Positions 57,375-64,000 of a stretch of 64,000 nucleotides of DNA are shown one piece after another. A program made the translations under genes and the position numbers. Origin of the DNA: a virus (Duplodnaviria > Heunggongvirae > Uroviricota > Caudoviricetes); IMG/VR virus record IMGVR_UViG_3300019888_000209. One strand, given 5' to 3'. Position 1 is the first letter of the stretch, and every line of letters begins with the position of its first letter. The notes beneath the pieces were generated by a model, which saw only the letters and a program-made list of their open reading frames with translations, had not been told where the DNA came from and did no database searches.

Positions 57375-59165
57375 TCACACGAACATCGCAGCCGTCTCAT
57401 CTTCTTCGATGTTTGCTCCTTTTCGTAAAATCAGCTCGCCTCCAGCAAAACCCATTAGCGCAGCATAGGCGAGGTCTTTCTTTCCTTTCGCCTCAAACAT
57501 CTTGAATCCGCGCTTGCTCGTTAGCGGTGTTACGCCGTCTTTGTCAGTCAATTGCCGGACGCTCGAAAGCTCCTTCGATGCCGCGTCCAGTAATCGCGCG
57601 GCCCAAAGCTGCTCTCGCCGCCAACGCTTCACTTCTACCGGGCTGCGGTCTTCGATCGGCATCGGCCACTCATGTTCCTGCGCTTCCCACGATTGCCTGA
57701 ACCGCCTGTGCCACCATTCAATAAATCCCTCTTCAGCCGTCAGAAATTGCGGCGTCACGACTTCGTCCAATTCGTCGCCGCGCTGGAAGAAGCAGACGAT
57801 CGCTTGCTTATCGGCCTGGATCGGCTCGAATCGCGTGCACAACGGCACAACCTGGGTCGGAATTCCTTCGATGAGTTGCTCAGATTTCTTTAGCTGCTCG
57901 TAAATGAACAGGCCGCCGCCGCGCGGATCGAGAATGATCTTGGCGAAGCCAAATATACGATGGAAAAGATGAATAAGTCCGCCAACGACCGCCGCATCAG
58001 CGTTCTTCAATCGATGCGCAAATGAGAAGGCCCGGTTAAATTTGCGCCCCTCGAGTGTAAGCGTCACCCGCGGCATCGCCAGCATGTCATCCCGAGCGAA
58101 GCGCAGCGGAGTCGAGGGACCCCGTTTATCAATTATAAATTTATTCTTCCGCTCGATTTCTTTCTCTAGCTCGACGTCGATCTCCACGATGCGATGCACC
58201 ACCGCAGACGTCCAGTCAGCGCGGATCGATGTGCTCTGCGCCGTGTCGAATCCGAGCACATTGATCTCCCTGTCGAAGAGCCTACCGAAATACGGCGCAA
58301 GATACGGCCGGCAACTCTGGTAGAGAACGTTCTCCGGATAATAATTCGCGCCGTCCCGGCTCCAGATGCCGCGATATTTCCTTTCGAAATAGCTCGGCGT
58401 GAGTATTCGCTTCTCATCGGCAATCACGTTATCCTCGCGATATTTCGCCGCGAATTTGGGTGTCCAATCCTTGAAGTCGAACGTGATTAAAGACTGCCGT
58501 TGGCTGCCATCCAGAATCGCGCGTCGATAGCCGCGATAACGGGAATAGCCCTTGTGGGTCGGTGTCTCAGCGTGCCCCAGGAATTTTTGATGATTACACC
58601 AGATCGGATGGTTCTTGTTGAAACACGCGCGCGTGACGCGGTCCACGAGCTGCTTCGAAATGCCCTCGCCCATATCTTCAGCGCGCAGCCAGTCGTCCAC
58701 CACCAGTGTATTGAATCGCCTGCTCGCCTGTGTTTGAGAATCGGTCATGAACGATGGCGCCGGCATAGTGAACCGGCTCCTGTTTTTGTAATCCATCACC
58801 CACGCGCCCTGGTATTTGTGCTCGCCCAACTTGTTGTGATCCACCTTGAACTGCGATCGGAACACCGGCGCGGTCTCCATGAACCGGTCGAAATACGGCC
58901 AGAACTCTTCCTTAGCTGTCTGGAAATTTGGAAAATACACCGCGCACACATGATCTGGCAGCAGGATGCATCGCAGATTCGCGTAGATGAATTGCACGAT
59001 CGTCTTCCCGCTCGAGACCCCACTTGAATCTACCGTGACCGGTGTCCACCAATAAAACCGGAGCCGTGCTTGCTGGAATACATCCAGTTCCGCGTTCATG
59101 ATAGCGTAAGCCGCCAGCACCGGATCGAACAAGAACTGTTCGATTGTCGATTGATTTACTTGCAT
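57375..59165 (-). CDS. terL: terminase large subunit
   Basis: Deviant Walker A VDSSGVSSGKT, Walker B NTLVVDDW, and a C-terminal RNaseH-like nuclease block VLGFDTAQST. Confidence 0.65.
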   Translation of the reverse strand: MQVNQSTIEQFLFDPVLAAYAIMNAELDVFQQARLRFYWWTPVTVDSSGVSSGKTIVQFIYANLRCILLPDHVCAVYFPNFQTAKEEFWPYFDRFMETAPVFRSQFKVDHNKLGEHKYQGAWVMDYKNRSRFTMPAPSFMTDSQTQASRRFNTLVVDDWLRAEDMGEGISKQLVDRVTRACFNKNHPIWCNHQKFLGHAETPTHKGYSRYRGYRRAILDGSQRQSLITFDFKDWTPKFAAKYREDNVIADEKRILTPSYFERKYRGIWSRDGANYYPENVLYQSCRPYLAPYFGRLFDREINVLGFDTAQSTSIRADWTSAVVHRIVEIDVELEKEIERKNKFIIDKRGPSTPLRFARDDMLAMPRVTLTLEGRKFNRAFSFAHRLKNADAAVVGGLIHLFHRIFGFAKIILDPRGGGLFIYEQLKKSEQLIEGIPTQVVPLCTRFEPIQADKQAIVCFFQRGDELDEVVTPQFLTAEEGFIEWWHRRFRQSWEAQEHEWPMPIEDRSPVEVKRWRREQLWAARLLDAASKELSSVRQLTDKDGVTPLTSKRGFKMFEAKGKKDLAYAALMGFAGGELILRKGANIEEDETAAMFV

Positions 59166-59245
59166 GGCCGCCTGTCATTCCGAGCGAAGTCGAGGAATCT
59201 CATTATTGCCCATCCGTGTTTCATCCGTGTTAATCCGTGGCTCAG

Positions 59246-59659
59246 TCACGTCGGCTGCGTATCGGTCTTGCAATCGCAGTTCAGGCATTGCACCGACACG
59301 GGCGACGCCTTACCTCTCAACACCCAAACGAGCTGAGGCCACTGGCAATTCGCGCAATTGTAAAGCTTCGCGTAATACATCGACGCCACATCAGCATCAG
59401 GCACCGTCCTTAGAACCGGCTCAGCCGGGATCGGTGATCCCGGTTTCCCTGTAGCCGCTTCGCTGTGCGAAGCGTCCCCCGATTCAACCATCTTCCCCGC
59501 CTGTTCCAGCGTGCTCTTGAGTATGAACTGCATTCCGGCCAGCATTCGATCGGCCCACTGATCAACAATGTCGTCGCCGTGCCCCACCTTGCCGAAGTCA
59601 ATCTTAACCTGTTGTGTCGTGGACCGACTAACAGTGGCAGATACGACAACCTGGTTCAT
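59246..59659 (-). CDS. hypothetical protein upstream of terL (small-terminase position); contains in-frame HSEAAT element
   Basis: Position only; Cys-rich C-terminus. Confidence 0.25.
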   Translation of the reverse strand: MNQVVVSATVSRSTTQQVKIDFGKVGHGDDIVDQWADRMLAGMQFILKSTLEQAGKMVESGDASHSEAATGKPGSPIPAEPVLRTVPDADVASMYYAKLYNCANCQWPQLVWVLRGKASPVSVQCLNCDCKTDTQPT

Positions 59660-59813
59660 TGGAGTAATCTAACGACTGCAACGATGATGACGACCAGCGC
59701 GAATGCTCCTACCAGCCATGCCGCCAATCGGTCGCCTTCGTGAGCTTCCAGTTTACCCGCCGTGGCGGGTGTCCTTCGTGGTGGATCATACAAAGTAACT
59801 TTGTGCCATGCCC

Positions 59814-61103
59814 TCATGTGAAGAACGCCGCTGTTTCGTCCGACCTGTCCGCCATAGCCTTGGCGAAGGCGGGAGCATTGACATCCCTTGGCCCTTCGAT
59901 TGGCCCCGCCGGACTCGCCGCGGCTTGCTCGGTATCGTCTAAAATATCTTCGGTAACTTCGTCCCTACTCACCTCGCCCTCGTCTGACCGCGCTTCGGCC
60001 AGTCCCTGGGCGAATCCGCTTGCCAGCTTCCGGCAGGCGCGACGGCTTTGTTTGGTGGGCGACCAATCCTTTTCCCATAAATGTTCTTTCGCCTCCATCG
60101 CCATCAGCACCAGATCGGGGCGATACTGCGCAGGTCGCAGTCTGGTCGGCGTCGTAAGCAGCTCCACTTCCGCCGCGGTAAACAGTCCGTCGATTAGTTC
60201 GCGATCGTTTTCAGAATAATACTGCTGTATCGCCTGTAGCAGCGTGGAAAGGCAATCATTAAACGCCATCTTTTTCCGAAGCGTGCCACCCTGCATGTCC
60301 GCCAGGCCAAGCGTTTTCATGCTCGAATTCAACGCATCCTGCGCATCGCGCCTCTCTTTAAGCAGGCTTAATAGCTGAACATTGTCTTTCTCAACGCCTT
60401 GATGCTTCATCAGCTTTTCGCGAATCTCCTTGCGCAGTTCGCGAATTGTCGGGTCGAGGATAAAAAAGATCGCCGTTTCCTGCTGGATCAAGCTGCGCGC
60501 AGCCGCGCGTAGCCGATCGTCTTCCAGCCACGGCTGTAATTCCAGGCAACGCCCCGCGATATAGGCGCGTTCATCGGCGTTTTCAATGTCCGCGAAACCG
60601 TTCTCGCGAAGCAATTGGTCGGCAGTTTCCTGGTCAGGCGCCGGACGCGCGCGAATGTTCTCGCTTGATTTCGTTTCAAGCTGCGACCGCCGCCAATACG
60701 ATTTCGCGCCTTCGATATAGGCGTCGATCTCGCGCGGCTCGACGCTACGTTTCTCCGCTAGTTCCGCGATCGTCCAAACCCGCATATCGTCCGGATCGTC
60801 CACGCCGTAAAGCGGAGCGTTTCCGTAGATTCGGCAGATAATCGTCCAGGCCGGTTCCTGGCCGCACAACGCCTCGTGCCATTTCGACATGGCCTCTTTC
60901 TGTAGGGCGGCCGTGTCAGACGCCAATTCGAAGTCCGCGACCAGGTCCGCGCCACGCTCAGCCCGCCACTTGTCGCCGTTAGGCGCGTCGTACTCCACGA
61001 ACCCTGGCTCTGTAGCCGCCTCGCTGTGTCGAGGCGTTTCCTCACGCGCCTCAAAGTCGAGTTCGTCCTTCATTTTTTGAGCCAATCGATGACTCGTCGC
61101 CAA
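59814..61103 (-). CDS. hypothetical protein; contains in-frame HSEAAT element
   Basis: 429-aa ORF. Confidence 0.35.
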   Translation of the reverse strand: MATSHRLAQKMKDELDFEAREETPRHSEAATEPGFVEYDAPNGDKWRAERGADLVADFELASDTAALQKEAMSKWHEALCGQEPAWTIICRIYGNAPLYGVDDPDDMRVWTIAELAEKRSVEPREIDAYIEGAKSYWRRSQLETKSSENIRARPAPDQETADQLLRENGFADIENADERAYIAGRCLELQPWLEDDRLRAAARSLIQQETAIFFILDPTIRELRKEIREKLMKHQGVEKDNVQLLSLLKERRDAQDALNSSMKTLGLADMQGGTLRKKMAFNDCLSTLLQAIQQYYSENDRELIDGLFTAAEVELLTTPTRLRPAQYRPDLVLMAMEAKEHLWEKDWSPTKQSRRACRKLASGFAQGLAEARSDEGEVSRDEVTEDILDDTEQAAASPAGPIEGPRDVNAPAFAKAMADRSDETAAFFT

Positions 61104-61555
61104 AAGGCCGGCTTGCCCGCCGTAGCCTTGGCGGTGCCGAGTTGCCTTACAATCAAAAACACCGGCTCCATTTGCATGTGCACTGTTCCCTGTTGCTGTT
61201 GCATGATGAGCTTGAAAACTTTCTTAGCTTGCCGGTCTTCCAGTATCACCTGGCGAAAATTACCATCCGAGCATTTCAAGCAGACAATTAAGCCGCGAAC
61301 CCCGATCTTTCCCTTCTCAACGCCAGGTAGGGCTGGCAGTCCTCTGCCCGCCTCATCGTCGCCAGCAGGAGTGGCAACCAGGCGCCCAGTCACATCAACG
61401 ATCCCCGTGTCACCGGATTTAATCGGCCGCCCTGACACGTCGACAAGTGATTCGTCCCTGTTCATTGTTCTACATGGAACACCTTGTTTTGCTGAGAAAG
61501 TCAAGCCCCGATGCGTACGGCAAAAATCTCGCGCCGTTTCCGCTTCCAATCGCAA
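61070..61555 (-). CDS. hypothetical protein
   Basis: ORF only. Confidence 0.3.
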   Translation of the reverse strand: MRLEAETARDFCRTHRGLTFSAKQGVPCRTMNRDESLVDVSGRPIKSGDTGIVDVTGRLVATPAGDDEAGRGLPALPGVEKGKIGVRGLIVCLKCSDGNFRQVILEDRQAKKVFKLIMQQQQGTVHMQMEPVFLIVRQLGTAKATAGKPAFWRRVIDWLKK

Positions 61556-61781
61556 GGCCGATCAAACTGATAAAACGTCCGCTCAATCACTCGTTCCTCA
61601 CCGATGATTCTGACTAACCGTTCCACGATTTTACCGCCTACGCGAACCGGATCGAGCGCGTCCAGTCGCGACTGCTTCTCGCGTTCGCGATTCCACCGGG
61701 CGTTAGCCGCTTTTCCTGCCTGCTCCCTAAGCCTTCGTATTCGGTAAGTTACGGGATTCCGCATTTGACGATTTCGTATAT

Positions 61782-62051
61782 CTACTTGTTAGATGCCTTC
61801 GCGGCTTCGTATTGCTGCTTTTTGAAAGCCTCTGTCTTTACGGCATCATCCAGTTGTAATTTGGCCGTCTCTAGCCGCTCTCGCGCGTTCAGCAGTTCAT
61901 TTCGTGAGTCTTTCCAGACCCGCTCACAGGCATCTAACCATGCGCTGCAACTAACCTCTACCGGCTTGTCGCCGCCGAGAGCCGCAAAGATTAATAGGTC
62001 TGCGATTTCCTCCATGTCCATTTTGGTTCCATCCGTTTTGAGCATCGACAT
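61782..62051 (-). CDS. hypothetical small helical protein
   Basis: ORF only. Confidence 0.3.
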   Translation of the reverse strand: MSMLKTDGTKMDMEEIADLLIFAALGGDKPVEVSCSAWLDACERVWKDSRNELLNARERLETAKLQLDDAVKTEAFKKQQYEAAKASNK

Positions 62052-62054
62052 TTC

Positions 62055-62811
62055 CTAGTCTCCTTTCGTGAGCGCAGTTGAGCCGGTAGAGGTAGCTGAG
62101 CTTGAATCGTTATATTTCTGAGTCGCCGGAGCTACCGCTCCATTTCCGAGTAGCTGCCGACAGAGAAATTCCGCGTATATCGGAGGGATGCTTTCCGACA
62201 ATTCACCGCGAGTCATCCAGTCGATGCCCATTGCCTTGCGCCCTTCGGCGATGTTGTTCTTTCTTCCGGCCCGCGTGGCGGCGGTTTCGAACTTCATGGC
62301 CGAAAATTACGAAATAGTCCTCATCGTGACTCGGGCAAGGCGGAGCCAGCAAAAAGCAGTTGCTCTCGAACAGTCTGTGTCGCTTCACATTCAATCCGAA
62401 GGCGAGGCCGCATAGAGTCAGCGGATTTACGAGCGGAGCACCAACCACGTTCTCGATGATCCAAGGTCCGCCCCACGCTTCCAGCTTCGCCCTTATCGGT
62501 GCCACAAGGTCAGGGTGAGCGTGCGCGTTCTTTGCCGCGTTCTGCGCTCTCGTATATCGCTGGCATGGTGGAGACGCCCACACGAAATCATAGCCTCGCA
62601 AGTCTGCCGCGAGTGCATCGCCTTGCCTGAACTCAAATGGGTATCGCGGCTGCGGAGCTATATCCACTCCAGTCACATCGAAGCCAGCTCGAAAGATTCC
62701 CATGCTCGCGCCGCCAGCGCCGCAGAATAAATCTAGAGCCTTCGGCTTGCCAGGAATACGCGCTTCACTACTCGGTAATTCGCTGGATTCGGATTCGCTG
62801 GGATAACTCAT
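62055..62811 (-). CDS. C5-cytosine DNA methyltransferase, apparently split by a frameshift (62203-62811, then 62055-62297)
   Basis: Motif I LFCGAGG, motif IV PPCQ, motif VI ENV, motif VIII RHRLF. Overlapping downstream ORF contains LGNGAVAP (motif X-like) in a different frame. Confidence 0.55.
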
Positions 62812-62857
62812 CGCGGCACCTGAGCTTGATCGTTATCTCCCTCTTCTGGCGCAGGAG

Positions 62858-63583
62858 CTACCGCGCTCCTTTGTGAAAAACGATCCAGTGAGTCTTTGCG
62901 TGATTTCCTGTGTTGTGTCCAAACAGGGGTTTTTCATTCGTGAGCGCCAAGACCTTCGGAAGTGAAATCTCAGTGGAGCACCATTTGAAGATCAGAGTCC
63001 CGTTTCGCTTGAGGACTCTCATGCACTCCGATAAACCTTCCCTGATTGCACATTCCCAATCCCCAATCAGTCGGCCGTATTTCTTCGCGATTATCCCGGT
63101 CGTGCCGAGATTCGATAAATGCGGCGGGTCAAATACCACAAGCCAAAACGATTCATCTGGAAACGGTAGATTTGTGAAATCCCCCAACACGTCAGGGTCT
63201 ACGTTTACCACCAAGGTAGGGTGAGACGGACACGAACAATCATGTCGCTCCCTTCTCTGATCGAAGAAAAGAGCGCGACGATCCTTCTTGTCGAACCACA
63301 TCATTCGACTACCACAGGTGGCATCTAGCACAGGGGGAAAAGTTTGCTCGCTCCCGCGAGAATTATCCCCTGGTGCGCCAGAAGAGGGAGATAACCAGTC
63401 ACTGGAGGCAACGGCGATCCCGTCGTTATGCCCCGCTCGTTCTGTAGCCGTCTCAGTCATTATTCGCGCCCGTGCCTCAGTTCCGACGTTCGGCGGATTC
63501 CCTTTCGCGCGGACAAGCTCACAGATCGTGCAGATACACTTCTCGCCGTGGATTGCGTGTATTTGGTTGCTCAGCCGTATCAC
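62858..63583 (-). CDS. DNA methyltransferase (N6-adenine/N4-cytosine type, DPPH motif)
   Basis: VLDATCGSRMMW (SAM-binding-like) and VVFDPPH (DPPY/H catalytic motif). Confidence 0.5.
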   Translation of the reverse strand: MIRLSNQIHAIHGEKCICTICELVRAKGNPPNVGTEARARIMTETATERAGHNDGIAVASSDWLSPSSGAPGDNSRGSEQTFPPVLDATCGSRMMWFDKKDRRALFFDQRRERHDCSCPSHPTLVVNVDPDVLGDFTNLPFPDESFWLVVFDPPHLSNLGTTGIIAKKYGRLIGDWECAIREGLSECMRVLKRNGTLIFKWCSTEISLPKVLALTNEKPLFGHNTGNHAKTHWIVFHKGAR

Positions 63584-63742
63584 TTTTTCGCGCTCATGCT
63601 GAAATGCGGCCTTCCAGTGGTCTCGTTCTCGCGTGGTCTCACGTCGAAACTTTGGCGCAGTATTTTTAATGCTAGTGGCGTCCAGTCACAGGTGTTGGGT
63701 CCGATTCATTGGTAATCGGATCCGTAGATTAGGGGTGGTAGC

Positions 63743-64000
63743 TCATACTGGCTGTGGGAATCGACCGTCGTACTGGCCCGTTTTTTCCCGATTCTTCAAT
63801 TCCGCGTCCGCATAATCCTTCGCCAGCACGTACTCGTCGTCGGTCATCACTCTTTTGAGCTTCGACCACGTATTCGCCCCGCGCCGTTGCCCGAGCAACA
63901 CCTGTGTCACGTGCGACCGGCTCGAGAAAATCTGTTCAGCCAGCTTCTCGACAGTGAACTTTCGTCGCCAAAGTAACTTTTGCAGCGCCTGGTTTCTCAT
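63743..64000 (-). CDS. hypothetical protein; 5' end outside window
   Basis: ORF runs to the window end. Confidence 0.25.
   Translation of the reverse strand: MRNQALQKLLWRRKFTVEKLAEQIFSSRSHVTQVLLGQRRGANTWSKLKRVMTDDEYVLAKDYADAELKNREKTGQYDGRFPQPV

Overview
The window reads as a phage or prophage-like region with moderate GC (a GC-rich stretch at 2.6-3.8 kb, more AT-rich stretches at 0.95-1.26 kb and 21.3-23.1 kb). Every call here comes from reading the translated ORFs and the DNA by eye; no homology search was run.

Layout:
- 0-6.8 kb: small early-type genes and an iteron/AT-rich origin-like array.
- 7-15 kb: a DNA-modification/maintenance island: a gamma-class N6-adenine DNA methyltransferase, an XRE-family HTH gene, an SNF2-family helicase, a ParB-like protein and a serine recombinase.
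- 15-20 kb: accessory genes, including a (GSQL)n tandem-repeat protein, a tyrosine recombinase that is catalytic domain only, and a Gp37/Gp68-family protein.
- 20.2-24 kb: two divergent IS1595-family transposases facing each other and bracketing a lower-GC two-gene cargo (lipoprotein plus membrane protein).
- 24.8-59.2 kb: a virion module on the minus strand: terminase large subunit, portal candidate, LamG-domain repeat fibre cluster, a lysis-like cassette (small membrane proteins, lipoprotein, candidate endolysin), capsid candidate, a long tape-measure protein and a distal tail protein.
- Inside that module sits a plus-strand moron block: a YugP-like membrane zinc metallopeptidase, an SPFH/band-7 protein and an IS1-family transposase remnant.
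- 55.2-56.4 kb: a PIN-like (DUF5615-like) two-gene module.
- 59-64 kb: hypothetical genes and two more DNA methyltransferases (a C5-cytosine one, possibly frameshifted, and a DPPH-motif one).

The most striking feature is the density of short palindromic repeat families. Family A is a ~60-90 bp inverted-repeat element built on AATCTGGAAACCAGGAA...TCCTGGTTTCCAGATT, with about 18 copies. Several copies sit in frame inside otherwise conserved genes (methyltransferase, SNF2 helicase, serine recombinase, Gp37/Gp68) and none introduces a stop codon. A second hairpin (CGCTTCGCACAGCGAAGCGGCTACAG, translated HSEAAT) is also in frame in several proteins. There are also CACGAAG/CACGGAT heptamer clusters, CCCCGTGAGATA inverted repeats and GTTTACCCGCCGTGGCGGGTG hairpins.

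Many gene remnants (RadC, macro domain, HNH, IS1595, IS1, truncated integrase) point to ongoing decay alongside an intact structural module.
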